In this document: one piece after another, positions 41,713-55,965 of the stretch
Layout: each line of letters begins with the position of its first letter
Numbering within the stretch: the first letter of the stretch is position 1
From: Octopus vulgaris
Taxonomy: Eukaryota
Direction: 5' to 3'
Length of the DNA: 64,000 bases
NCBI GenBank assembly: GCA_951406725.2
Contig: OX597838.1
Location: 18,352,001 to 18,416,000, forward strand
Program-made: the position numbers and the translations under genes
Notes under the pieces: model-generated
Databases searched by the model: none
Told to the model about the DNA's origin: nothing
What the model saw: only the letters and a program-made list of their open reading frames with translations

Positions 41713-42185
41713 AATTTGTTGTTGTTGTCGTTGTATTCTTCCTGCTTTTGTTGATGCCATCGCAGTTCCTTACTGAACTGTATTTGATGTTTCTTCTGGC
41801 CAGAGATAACATTGATCATAGGTCGGTAAGATTAAGCCTGTCCTAGGGCTAAACAGCAACGAAAACTTTCATCATAGGGGATCAGCAAGATCAGGGATGA
41901 GCTGGACGGGAGCAAGAATTAAAAGTATTTCAAATCTTCGCACAAGTTCATCAGTTTTTAGGGGGAGAGGTGTGGGGGTGGGGGTATGTTTGCTATGGTC
42001 GATTGGTATTTATTTTATCGACCCCCGAAAAGATGAAAGACTAATTTAATCTCGGTACAATTTGATCTCAAAATGTAAAGAGCCGGAAGAACTGACGCTG
42101 AGCATTTCATCCGACTTGCTAACGATACTGCTAGCTGACCGCCTTAAACTACGATAATAATAACAACAACAACAACAACAACAAC

Positions 42186-42220
<35 letters not shown>

Positions 42221-42243
42221 TGATGATGATAACAATAATAAGT

Positions 42244-42473
42244 GTATTTCTTTACTGCCCACAAGGGACTAAACATAGAGGGGAGAAACAAGAACAGACA
42301 AACGGATTAAGTCGATTACATCGACCCCAGTTGGAAACTGGTACTTTATTTATCGGCCCCGAAAGGATGAAAGGCAAAGTCGACCTCGGCGGAATTTGAA
42401 CTCAGAACGTAACGACTGACGAAATACGGTTACGCATTTCGTCCGGCGTGCTAACGTTTCTGCTAGCTCGCCA
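42244..42473 (-). mobile_element. SINE family B
   Basis: Full reverse-complement match. Confidence 0.8.
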
Positions 42474-43147
42474 GGTGATAACAATAATAAGTGCTTCACT
42501 ACATAACGTTGCTACTGCTGATGGTGGTGGTAGTGGCGGTGGTAGTGGTGGTTGTGGTGGTGGTGGTGGTGGTGGTGGTGATGGTGGTGATAGTGGAGGT
42601 GGTAGTGGTGGTGGTGGTGGTGGATGTGGTAGTGGTGGTGGTGGTGGTGGTGGTGGTGGTGGTGGTGGTGGTGGTGGTAGTGGTAGTGGTGGTGGTGGTG
42701 GTGGCTGTGGTGGTGGTAGTGGTAGTGGTGGTGGTGGTGGTGGTGGTGGTGGTGGTGGGATGGTGGTGGTAGGGGTGGTGGTGGTGGTGGTGGTGGTGGT
42801 GGTGGCATCCTATAACCTTCCACTATGGACAAGGAACGTTATGAAGTTATGAAGTCTCTTCAAGTCCTGCTTATTACTTGAATAACGCGACCTTTATTGA
42901 GGATGAAATGATGAAACACAAAGGAAACCTGTTAATTCGTTTAGATGAACCTTACGGTAAATAACTTGAGGATGTGGATATTTCGATATAATTAAGGAGC
43001 TATGGATAGGCAGCAGTGAGTGAGGCAGAGAGAGAGGAAGGGGAGAGAGGAGAGAGAGGGAGAGAGAGGGAGAGAGAGGGAGAGAAAGGGAGAAAGAGGT
43101 GGTTGAGATTGAGAAAGAGTGCGTGGATGTGTGAGAAGGTGTGTGTC

Positions 43148-43500
<353 letters not shown>

Positions 43501-43709
43501 CAGCCAGCCAGCCAGGCAGACAGACAGTCAGGTAGATATCTTATATATTACTCTCCCATAAAAATTATATATACTGTTCGAATATTTTGATCGATTAACT
43601 TGTACGGTATGTACGTATATGGATGTATGCATGGGTGTATATGATAAACATCTACTCTTTCACATCACTTTTTTAATCTATTTTATATATATATAATTAA
43701 TTTTACTCC

Positions 43710-44388
43710 AAACACAGATGTCCTTGTATTTGCAGGCATCACCTCAATTAAAGCTATGGTTTTGACAACCCAAATGAGATGCTGTGGCCATATTGTTCCA
43801 ATGGCGGATGAACGCATGCCGAGACAGCAGTTTTCCAATGAGCTTGCAGAGGGGAAATGCTATCGGCGTAAACCTAAAAAAAAAAGGTTTAAGGACGGCA
43901 TAAGGATTACTGTGAAGTCACTTGAAATGTATCCAGAATACATCGAAACCCTTGCTTCGGATCGAGCTGGATGGCAAACAAAAGTGTGGTGTGGAGTGAA
44001 AGCATTTGAAGAGGCCCGGATAACACAAGCAAGACTCAAAAGAGATCTATAAAAGAATATTTCGATCGAGAAGGTGAATCACAAGGACCTTTTTGTGTGC
44101 ACAGTGTGTGACAGACCATGCCTTTCTTTTGCCGGGATCAGATCTCATTTGCGAACTCATGGAAAACAAACCTCCACCAACTATTCTGCCTATATGCCTG
44201 TGCACACCTTTGAATGCAGTGTACGCCAGGTTTGTAAATCTAACGGAGGCCTCAAAAGACATTTTAAGATCCACACAGATCAGAACTTATCTGTAGCTCT
44301 TGGTGGTCCAAATCGGATGTGAAATCTATGTGGGTGTCTTTTCAGAATATTATCTGGTTTAAAAAGCCACATCAGATGCCAAAGACGG
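43710..44388 (+). mobile_element. RTE-clade LINE ORF C-terminus with C2H2 zinc fingers (decayed)
   Basis: QMRCCGHIVPMADERMPRQ...ELAEGK...RFKD...IETLASDRAGW matches RTE LRWxGHVxRMxxxRxP...LAxDRxxW, followed by CTVCDRPCLSFAGIRSHLRTH and further degenerate fingers. Confidence 0.85.
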
Positions 44389-44389
44389 T

Positions 44390-44562
44390 TGGGTAAACAA
44401 CAAACAGATGTATTAGTTTAACGCGCGGGAAGTGAGAAAGTCTTTTATGTTTCGAGCCTACGCTCTTTGACAGCTTTCTGTTGAAGAGCGTAGGCTCGAA
44501 ACCTAATATACAGAAATAAACAGGGAGAGAAAATAGAAAAAGTAATAGTGGCTAGCGATCTA
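44390..44562 (-). mobile_element. Short pLTR-like repeat with a local inverted duplication of a hammerhead-like motif
   Basis: Reverse-complement match to 45021-45211. GTTTCGAGCCTACGCTCTTTGACAG (44449-44473) mirrors CTGTTGAAGAGCGTAGGCTCGAAAC (44478-44502). Confidence 0.7.
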
Positions 44563-44909
44563 GTAAATGAAAGAATAAATATCTATAAAACGTATCATAC
44601 TGGTGAGCATTTCGTTTTAGTGTTATTGACCAAGTAATAATGTATTTTATGCCATCCGCTTTCAATCTCCATATTAGGTCCGCTGCTACATAAAGAAGCA
44701 TTTATATATAAACACACACACAAACACATTAGATCTGTATATTCTATACATGTATGCAAATATATATAATCTTCATCCCAAAAAACGTTAGTGACATCCT
44801 AATAAAATATTTCATAACATTTTTTTAATAAATAATTCTTTTAAAAAGCACCTTTACACTTCAAAAGAAGTAAACCCCATAGACATTCATATGTATATAT
44901 ATACATATA

Positions 44910-44953
<44 letters not shown>

Positions 44954-44955
44954 TA

Positions 44956-45013
<58 letters not shown>

Positions 45014-45020
45014 TGTGTGT

Positions 45021-45211
45021 GATAGATCGCTAGCCACTGCACATTCTTTATTTTCTATCCTTGTTTCTTTTTTTGTGTTCCTTTCTGTGGAAGAGCGTAG
45101 ACTCGAAACGTTAGAGACTTTTTCCCTTCCCGAGCGTTATACTAATACATCTGTTTGTTTTGTACACCACTTGTCTTCGTCTTTTGTTGTTTTTTTTTGT
45201 GAATTCTCCCT
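45021..45211 (+). mobile_element. Short pLTR-like repeat with a minimal hammerhead-like variant
   Basis: cttt-CTGTGGAA-gag cgtaga ctc-GAAACGTT-agag at 45081-45116, lying between (TG)n and (TA)n. Confidence 0.65.
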
Positions 45212-45557
45212 ATATATCTATATATATATATATATTGTTGTTTGTTCCTTCTCGAGCCACGCCTGGCTCATTAGCGCCGGTTTCCTTGGCGTATAGTCTC
45301 CCCACATGGACGGGACTCCGGTCCGTCGCAGGTGATCTGCAAGATGTAAAAGAAAGAGTGAAAGTTGTGGCGAAAGAATCAACAGAAGTTCGCCATTACC
45401 TTCAGCCGGAGCCGTGTTTCGCCCATGAACACACACATCGTCCCGTCTGAGATTCTAACCCACGATCCCTCGATTGCGAGTACGCTGCTCTAACCACTAG
45501 GCCATGTGCTTCCACATATATATATACATATACATACATATATACTATATACATACA

Positions 45558-45629
<72 letters not shown>

Positions 45630-45740
45630 TATATATATATATATATGTATATATGTATATATATAATATAGGAATTAAAGAAGATGGCATAAAATATATT
45701 ACTTGGTTGCTAATAATAATGATAATAATAATGATAATGA

Positions 45741-46225
<485 letters not shown>

Positions 46226-46814
46226 AGTGTGTGTATGTATGTGTGTGTATGTGTGTGCATTCATATATATATGCATATATATTTATGTATAATTTATGTA
46301 TGTCTGTGCGTGCGTCTGTGTGTGTGCATGTTTGTGTCTGTGTCTGTGTCTGTGTGTCTGTGTGCATGTATGTGTCTGTGTGTATGTGTGTGCGTCTGTG
46401 TGTGTATACGCGTGTTCTGGGCGCTCGAGCGCTGAACTAATTGAATGGAAAGTATTCCACTACATGTCTGCAACTAAGCAAAAAAAAAAAAAAAAACGTA
46501 ATATTCACTACGTGTCTATAGAGTGGAACACGATTTATTCCAAGTCAGCCGAATACGAGTGAACAGCTACTTAAACTCCGCGAATCTGCCTCATCAGACA
46601 TCGAGCGATGAACCGTTTTAGACTAAACTCGTAGCTGTTATAAACAATAATTAACAACAATATGGATCTCTCAATCTTCCTTTTTTTAAAGCACCAATTT
46701 TTCTTTTCCATGCCAGATATAGAGAGATAAATATCACCATAAATATATATAAAATATAATGAAGTGATAAAATATATACAAAAATGATAATTGGAGGGAA
46801 CGAAGTAAAATGTG

Positions 46815-46897
<83 letters not shown>

Positions 46898-47344
46898 GAT
46901 GCGTAGTAGTGGTTGTGTGGTAAGTAGCTTGCTTACCAACCACATGGTTCCGGGTTCAGTCCCACTGCGTGGCACCTTGGGCAAGTGTCTTCTACTATAG
47001 CCTCGGGCCGACCAAAGCCTTGTGAGTGGATTTGGTAGATTTGGTAGACGGAAACTGAAAGAAGCCCGTCGTAAATTATACAACTCACCCAACAAAAAAC
47101 TCACTACTTGAATGGACCATAAACAAAACTTGACTTAAACAGGATTCAAATAATCCTATCAGGTGGTGCTATTAAGTTAGACATTGGCCAGAATAGACAT
47201 GGGTTGGACCAATCATTGGTCGAAACATATCTAAGTTTATCTAAGTATATATATATATATATATACTCTTTTACTTGTTTCAGTCATTTGACTGTGACCA
47301 TGCTGGAGCACCGCCTTTAGTCGAGCAAATCGACCCCAGGACTC

Positions 47345-47745
47345 AGTTGTTTGACCATAACCAGTTGAGCATGCCCCTTAGTGGCTGACGACATGTGCAT
47401 CTCTGATCACGAGCAGAAGTAGTGGGGGAGCATCATAGACATGTGTTGAGAGGGATTCTGTGGGGTTTGAATAATTCACCTCTGGAAACATGGGTGTTTC
47501 GTTCAACATCCTTAAACAACCCTTATTCAGGGACCTTTTGAGCGGGATGGGTTACTCGACCAGAAGAAAATTCTAACTGGGTCCACCTACAATGTCATGC
47601 CCTGTTAATCTTGATATGAGATCACCATGTCGCGCACATATGATTGTGATGCATGTGACTGGTGGTCATGATGGGTATACTGGGCTTCGTTTATTTGTAC
47701 CCCTGTATCACTTTGATGGCATGGACTGCTCTCTCGTTCATTAAT
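47345..47745 (+). other. Probable unclassified interspersed repeat
   Basis: GC-richer block that truncates a SINE A tail and ends in an AAT-rich tail. No second copy in the window. Confidence 0.3.
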
Positions 47746-48047
47746 AATGATAGTAGTAATTATAATAATAGTTTTTTCTTATCTAGGCACGAGTGCAGCA
47801 ATTTTAAGAAGGTAAGACGATTACGTCGACCTTAGTACTCGACTAACATGCATACATACGTCTAGACATGCAATAATATGCATGAGAATACATACATAAT
47901 ACAAATCTGCACTGACTGCTCACATACACATATACATACACAAATACACTGTTGATGTTTGTAAAATTCCAGCGAAGAAGCCTTGGATCTAGGTTAGGAA
48001 CCAAATCTTTCTCTATTGATAAGAAACCTTACGTGACAATGGTGGAC

Positions 48048-48425
48048 ACACTCCGTCGGATACGACGACGAGGGTTCCGGTTGATCCGATCAACGGAACA
48101 GCCTGCTCGTGAAATTAACGTGCAAGTGGCTGAGCACTCCACAGACACGTGTACCCTTAACGTAGTTCTCGGGGATATTCAGCGTGACACAGAGAGTGAC
48201 AAGGCCGGCCCTTTGAAATACAGGTACAACAGAAACAGGAAGTAAGAGTGAGAGAAAGTTGTGATGAAAGAGTACAGCAGAGATCACCACCATCCCTGCC
48301 GGAGCCTCATGGAGCTTTAGGTGTTTTCGCTCAATAAACACTCACAACGCCCGGTCTAGGAATCGAAACCGCGATGCAACGACCGCGAGTCCGCTGCCCT
48401 AACCACTGGGCCATTGCGCCTCCAC
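48048..48425 (-). mobile_element. SINE family C with tail type 1
   Basis: Near-identical to 9525-9906. The flanks share AAACCTTACGTGACAA (48025 and 48436). Confidence 0.85.
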
Positions 48426-48523
48426 ACGTGACAATAAACCTTACGTGACAAGCAATCATACATGCACGCATACATGTAGCGTATATTCTTTTGTATTTCG
48501 CTTGCAGCATTCTTGAAATAAAT

Positions 48524-48928
48524 ACTTATTTCTTTATTGCCCACAAGGGCCTAAACATAGGGGGGACAAACAAGGACAGAGAAAGGGATTAAGTCGATCA
48601 CATCGACCCCAGTGTGTAACTGGTACTTAATTTATCGACTCCGAAAGGATGAAAGGCAAAGTCGACCTCGGTAGAATTTGAACTCAGAACGTAACGGCAG
48701 ACGAAATACCTATTTCTTTACTACCCACAAGGGGCTAAACACAAAGTTGACAGACAAACGGATTAAGTCGATTATATCGACCCTAGTGCGCAACTGGTAC
48801 CTAATTTATCGACTCCGAAAGGATGAAAGGCAAAGTCGACCTCGGTAGAACTTGAACTCAGAACGTAACGGCAGACGAAATACCGCTAAGCATTCCGCCC
48901 TGCGCGCTAACGATTCTGCCAGCTCACC
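48524..48928 (-). mobile_element. SINE family B dimer
   Basis: Two units with a single head. Confidence 0.8.
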
Positions 48929-49741
48929 ACATTGAAATAAATAATTGAAATAAATACTGTTGAAATAAATACTGTCTTGAAATAAATACTGTTTACTCAG
49001 GTACTCTGGGATGAACATTTTTGTCTATGAAAACACACGCATTGATTATATTTCACTTCTTTCTAAAATTGCCAATCAAATAGTTAACTAGTTAAATAAT
49101 TAAATAACCAGTAATTTGATCAGTCTATAGGTTGGTTCATCAAAGTTCTTTTGTCGCCATATGCGACCTTAGTCAAGTGATTTGTGAAACAGTTGATTAG
49201 TTGATTAGTTAATTTGTTAACTAGTTGACTGATAATAAGAGAAAGACGCAAAATACGACAGGAGGTGTGTTGTTTGTTTTGGATTTTTCTTGATTAGCAA
49301 AATGACAGTCTCAGAGCTCAAGAACAAAAAGCAACAAATATAAGTGCAGGTGTACCTGTGTAATGAGATGTTTGATTTCCAGCCACAAAGATCTGGGTTC
49401 AGTCCCACCGTGTGGCACCTTCGACTGAGAAAAGTGTTTTGTGTGGAATTTGGCAGACAGAAACTAAAAGAAGCACTTCGTGTATGTGTGACGGACTTCT
49501 TTCATCTTCATTGCCAAATCTACTCACAAACATTGGGTTGACCTAGGACTGTAGTAGAAGACACTTGTACCAGCAGTGGGACTGAACCCGGAACCATGTG
49601 GTTGGGAAGCAAACTTCTTATGACACAGCCAAACCCGCGCCTATCAAGGCATAGTTAACCTTGATAAGATTTGATCTCAGACCACAGAGTCAGACTAAAT
49701 ACTGCATGGCATCGTATCTATTGCTCTAACGACCACTCTTA

Positions 49742-49773
<32 letters not shown>

Positions 49774-49779
49774 TACACA

Positions 49780-49815
<36 letters not shown>

Positions 49816-50539
49816 TACACACGCACTCTCTCTCTCTCCCTCTCTTTATTTCAATGGCTGAAAAAAAAAACAAAAGATAAGAGATATACCGGAAAGCGTT
49901 GACCAGGTTTTATAACGCTAGAGTAGGATTTAAGAAATATTTGGTTGCTGTTAGTAATTAAGAATTTATTATTGGGTCGCGTTGTGGGTCGTTGTTTTCT
50001 TAAAGGGTTTAACTCCACAAACTGCTCGCCGAGTAGCTTAGGATAAGGACCAGTTCTGCAAGCAACCTCTCTTTCATAATTTCAGAGATGCCCTACTCTT
50101 CCACCGATTCAGTCACCACTAAAGCAACTGTGCTTTACAGTATGATTGCACCTTCATAAGCATGGTAGTAGTAGTAGTAGCTCTGGCGGTGGTAGTAGTG
50201 GTAGAAGTGGTGGTGGTGGTGTGGTAGTAGTAGTAGTAGTGGTGGTGGTGATGGTGGTGGTTGTGGTGATGTTGGTTGTAGTAGAAGTAGTAGAAGTGGT
50301 GGTGGCTGTGGTAATGGTGGTGTTGGTGGTGATGATGGTGGTAGTAGCAGTAGTAGTTGCGGCGGTGGTGGTAGTAGTAGTAGAAGTAGTGGTGGTGGTG
50401 TAGTAGTAGTAGTAGTAGCTGTGGTGGTGTTGGTATTAGTAGTAGTAGTAGTAGTAGTAGTAGGAGGAGGAGGAGGAGTATTAGCAGTGGTAGTAGTGGT
50501 GGTGGTGGTGGTGGTGGTGGTGATGGTTGTAGTAGTGGT

Positions 50540-50639
<100 letters not shown>

Positions 50640-50857
50640 AATAGAAAAAGCAGAGAAATGTCATCAAAAGGTCAACAATATATTTTCTTAAGTAACGCAG
50701 GATTTGATGTAAACTTAACGTAGCTTTCTGTGGTTAGGCACAAAAACACACCAATCCACACACACACACACACACCCGCGTATGTATATGTATACGTGTC
50801 TCTGTGCATGCATTGTATAATTGTCCGTGTCTATGTGTGAAAGAGAGTTTGCGTGTG

Positions 50858-50921
<64 letters not shown>

Positions 50922-50927
50922 TGTATG

Positions 50928-50958
<31 letters not shown>

Positions 50959-51015
50959 ATATATGCATGTATGTGTATATATATATGTATATATATCTAT
51001 GTATCTATATCTATC

Positions 51016-51170
<155 letters not shown>

Positions 51171-51204
51171 ATATGTGTATATATATGTATATATACATAC
51201 ATAC

Positions 51205-51266
<62 letters not shown>

Positions 51267-52639
51267 ATATATATATATATGCACGTACGTATGCATGTAT
51301 GAAGGTATACAATGGTAGAGTGAGTGGGTTTGAGTAGGGAACATGATTTTATTTCGGTACAAATTGCAGTTAGGTAAAGCTAATGTTATCAATGATTATA
51401 GACTGAGTGAAATACTGCTATTGTTTACAGTTAGGATTGCATGAGGTCGCTGCATCGGAGCTCTTCGTTGCCTTCGTCAGGCAATTAAGTGTATGGACTA
51501 GGGAACTTGTTTGTTCGTCGGACCATTGTTTGGATTCCGATCGGGGGGGAGGGGGGACATCGGTAAGTGATAGCGTGCGGCAGAGGAAGAGAAGGGGGAG
51601 GAAGAGGAAGAGAAGAAGGAGAAGAAGAAGAAGAAGAAAACAACAACAACAACACAACAATAACAACAACAACAGGAACAACAACAGCAACAACAACAAG
51701 GCGGGAAAGAAGGAAAAGAAGAAGGAGGAGGAGGAGGAGGCGAAAAAGAAGAAGAAGAACAACAACAACAACAATAGCAACGACAACAAGGCGGGGAAGG
51801 GGGAGGAGGAGAAGTGAGAAGAAGAAGTGAGAAGAAAGAAAAGAAGAAGAAGAATAAGAACAAGGAGAAGAAGGAGGAGGAGGAGAAGAAGAAGAAGAAC
51901 AAGAACAAGAAGAACAAGAAGAACAAGAAGAACAAGAACAATAACAACAACAAGGAGGGAAAAGAAGGAGGAGGAAGAAGAAGAACAAGGAAAAGGAGAA
52001 GAAAAAGACGAAGAAGAAGAAGAGAAAGAAGAGGAAGAAACGAAGAAGAAGAAGAAACGAAGAAGAAGAAGAAGAAGAAGAAGAAGAAGAAGAAGAAGAA
52101 GAAGAAGAAGACATATTGCAATAACAATAACAACAACAGCAACAACAACAAGAATGCGGAAGAGAACGACAGAAAGGAGGTGGTGTGAGAGTTGCAGAAG
52201 TGGATAAGGAAGAACAACAGATAGGTGTATAGGATTTATCGAAATCCTATTTCTGGGTTGCATGCAATTTGATCCTGTTTTTTTTTGTCTTTGAATATTC
52301 GATCCGGTTTATTGGGGTATGAAAAATTGAATCTAGGATTAGAATCTAAGGTGTGTGTTCATTGTGGCTTGCTTTCTTGACTCACGTGCCTTATGCTTTG
52401 ATTCGTGGCTTATTTTAAAGAAATAGTGCATGCGTGCCCATATCGCGGACATATTTCGTATATATACGTGTATGAGAATATAGGTTTTGTGCGCTTGCGT
52501 GGTATGATACATGTATACGTGTGTGTGTGCGCGCGCGAGCCTGTGTGTGTACGTGTATGGATATGTGTGTATGCTCATGCACATACATACACACACACAC
52601 ACAAAAACACACACACGCACACACACACACACACACACA

Positions 52640-52689
<50 letters not shown>

Positions 52690-52848
52690 TGTTTTACTTG
52701 TTTCAGTCATTTGACTGTGGGCAAGCCGGAGCACCGCCTTTAGTCGAGCAAATCGTCTCCAGGACTTATTATTTGTAAGCTTAGTACTTATTCTATCGGT
52801 CCCTTTTGCCGGACCGTTAAGTTACGGTGACGTAAACACACCAGCATT

Positions 52849-52890
52849 TGAAATCTGATGAGTACGTTATGTAGGAAAGCGCTAATTTTG
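52849..52890 (+). ncRNA. Minimal hammerhead motif in a ~100-bp insert interrupting a minus-strand SINE A
   Basis: tgaaat-CTGATGA-gtac gttat gtag-GAAA-gcgc-TA-attttg. The closing pair of stem II is G-G instead of G-C. Confidence 0.65.
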
Positions 52891-52996
52891 TTAAAATGCC
52901 ATAATAATAATCTTGAAAACCAGACTATGTTTTAACTTTATTCAACTGATACACACACACACACATATATATATATACATACATATATATATACAT

Positions 52997-53079
<83 letters not shown>

Positions 53080-54165
53080 TCAGAAGGCTTTGGTCGGCTC
53101 CAGGCTATAGTGGAAGACACTTGTCTAAGGTGCCACACAGTGGGACCTGAACCTGGAACCATATGGCTGGTAAGCAAGCTGCTTACCACACAGCCGCTCG
53201 TGCGCTTAATTTGGTGTGCTTAGTATTGTGAGTAAGGGCCTAAGTGACAATCTAGTAAAGCTAAGATTCTCAGAAAAAAAAATTCACCCATCGAACCCGC
53301 CGCACATTACAAATACAATTTGTAAGCGGAACAGTAGAAATATGCAAGCCATTTCTCAAGTTGAATATATGAATATTGCTTTTTGTTATCTACATTCCAA
53401 CGATAGAACTTTGCATCTTTGTCAGAAAGCAGCTGTTTCCTTACACGAAGAATTCATGTAATTAAAACTAGAAAAGAACGTACGTACACAGACATATGCT
53501 CGCACGTACACCGATGCGCTGACACCCATCCATGTACACTCACACACATATTCCAACATTTAAATACCAACATCGGACTACATGTTAACAAGTACAGAAG
53601 CCGCCATCACTCAGATTCCTGTAAGAAAACCAATTAATCAAAGCATGATACTTATACAATCTTCCACAACAGCAAAGGAAAACAAACCAAAAAATAATTT
53701 TTAAAATACATTAAATTCTTATCCCAAATCCAATTCTTCGCAGCCCAATAAACACAATCGAATTTTCGTTTGTAAGGCCGCGCGGTTCAAACAATATTTC
53801 AGCAGAAATTCAACGAACCCATAAATATGATTTGTCTAAAATCCTATTTAATCCTCTTCTTTCTTCTCTTTCTTTCATCTTTTATATCCTTTTCTCCTTA
53901 CTACCCACCTCTTTTTCTCTTCTTCTTCTTCTTCTTCTTCTTCTTCTTCTTCTTCTTCTTCTTCTTCTTCTTCTTCTTCTTCTTCTTCTTCTTCTTCTGC
54001 TTCTTCTGCTTCTTCTTCTTCTGCTTCTTCTTCTCCTGCTTCTCCTTCTTCTTCTTCTTCTTCTTCTCCTTCTTCTTCTGCTTCTTCTTCTTCTTCTTCT
54101 TCTTCTTCTTCTTCTTCTTCTTCTTCTTCTTCTTCTCATTATTATTATTATCATTATTATTATTA

Positions 54166-54239
<74 letters not shown>

Positions 54240-54402
54240 GTTGTTATTATTCGTCCAATTCTTCTTCTTCTTCTCCTGCTGCCCTTTCTCCTCCTCCTCC
54301 TCCTCACCATCCTCCTTCACCTTCTTTCTTTTATTCTTTTATTCTTTTACTGCTTTCAGTCATCTGACTGCGGCCATGCTTTATATATAAAAGAAGCCCG
54401 TC

Positions 54403-54456
<54 letters not shown>

Positions 54457-54460
<4 letters not shown>

Positions 54461-54675
54461 CAATTAAGGGTTTAGCAACGAATTGCCTCACCACACACCG
54501 AATTTAGAAATAGCAGTCAAAGAGTTATAGCTATTCTTTCTACTAAAAGTGAGTTATCAGTAAAAACACTACTGAGATCTCACTTTTAGTAGAAAGAATA
54601 GCTATAACTCTTTGACTGCTATTTCTAAATTCGGTGTGTGGTGAGGCAATTCGTTGCTAAACCCTTAATTGCTTA
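54457..54675. repeat. Perfect ~98-bp-arm palindrome within a (TA)n-flanked element (to ~54780)
   Basis: AAGCAATTAAGGGTTTAGCAACG...AAAAGTGAG and CTCACTTTT...CGTTGCTAAACCCTTAATTGCTT with a ~23-bp spacer. Confidence 0.9.
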
Positions 54676-55362
54676 GTATTACTTAAATTTTCCTCGAATG
54701 AGGCTTTTACATGCCGAAATCTACTTGGTGTAATTGATAATTATTCCAAATTAATTAATTTCACCCTATATTGTTACTGATATATATATATATATATATA
54801 TATACGACGGGCTTCTTTCAGTTTCTGTCTACCAAATCATCTCATACGGCTTTTGTTGGCCCGAGGCTATAGTAGGAGACACTTGTGCTTGTGCATATCT
54901 TTGTGCTTGTGTTTGTGTTTGGATTTGTGTATGTCTGTGTTTGTGTTTGGGTTTTCTACCACCACCACTTGAAAATCGGTGTTGGCTTGTTTACGTCCCC
55001 AAAATTTAGTGCTTTGACAAAAACCTCTGATAGAAAAAGTGACAGGCTTTAAAAATGAATAAGAACTGAGGACCGATTTATTCGACTGCACCCTTCAAAG
55101 TTGTGCCCCAGCATGGCCACATTCAAAGGAATGAAGCAAGTAAAAAATGTATATAAAAAAAAGATAAACGATATAAGTAGCCGTGTCTTTGTAAGTGTAA
55201 ATATTTGTTTTAGTGTTTATCTTCCACCACCGCTTGACACCTGATGTTGGTGTGTTTAGGTCCCCCGTAACTAAACAGCAAAAATAAAAACCGATACAAA
55301 GTACTGGATCCGAATTATTCGACTAAAAACTTTTCAAGGTGGCGCACTAGCATGGTCGCAAT

Positions 55363-55965
55363 CTTATTTCTTTTTTGCCAACAAGGGGCTAAACATAGAG
55401 GCGACAAACAAGGACAGACAAAGGGATTAAGTCGATTATATCGACCCCAGTGCGTAATTGATACTTAATTTATCGACTCCGGAAGGATGAAAGCAAAGTC
55501 GACCTCGGCGGAATTTGAACTCAGAACGTAAAGACAGACGAAATACCTCTTTCTTTATTGCCCACAAGGGGCTAAACATAGAGGTGGCAAACAAGGACAG
55601 ACAAAGGGATTAAGTCGATTAGATCGACCCCAGTGCGTAACTGGTACTTAATTTATCGACCCCGAAAGGATGAAAGGCAAAGTCGACCTCGGCGGAATTT
55701 GAACTCAGAACGTAAAGACAGACGAAACACCTATTTCTTTATTGCCCACAAGGGGCTAAACATTGAGGTGGCAAACAAGGACAGACAAAGGGATTAAGTC
55801 GTTTATATCGACTCCAGTGCGTAACTGGTACTTAATTTATCGACCCCGAAAGGATGAAAGGCAAAGTCGACCTCGGCGGAATTTGAACTCAGAACGTAAC
55901 AGCAGACGAAACACTGCTAAGCATTTCGTCCAGCGTGCTAACATTTCTGTCAGCTCAGCGCCTTG
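55363..55965 (-). mobile_element. SINE family B tandem trimer
   Basis: Three ~185-bp units with one head at the right end. Confidence 0.85.

Noticed and set aside
46560-46610. Minus-strand CTGATGA (similar isolated hits at 41948, 51475, 56117, and plus-strand 37411)
   Set aside because: They lack a correctly placed GAAA with pairable stems I-III and are expected chance matches.
47205-47240. GACCAA-TCA-TTGGTC-GAAACATAT resembling a hammerhead 3' half
   Set aside because: No CUGANGA upstream and no valid cleavage triplet.
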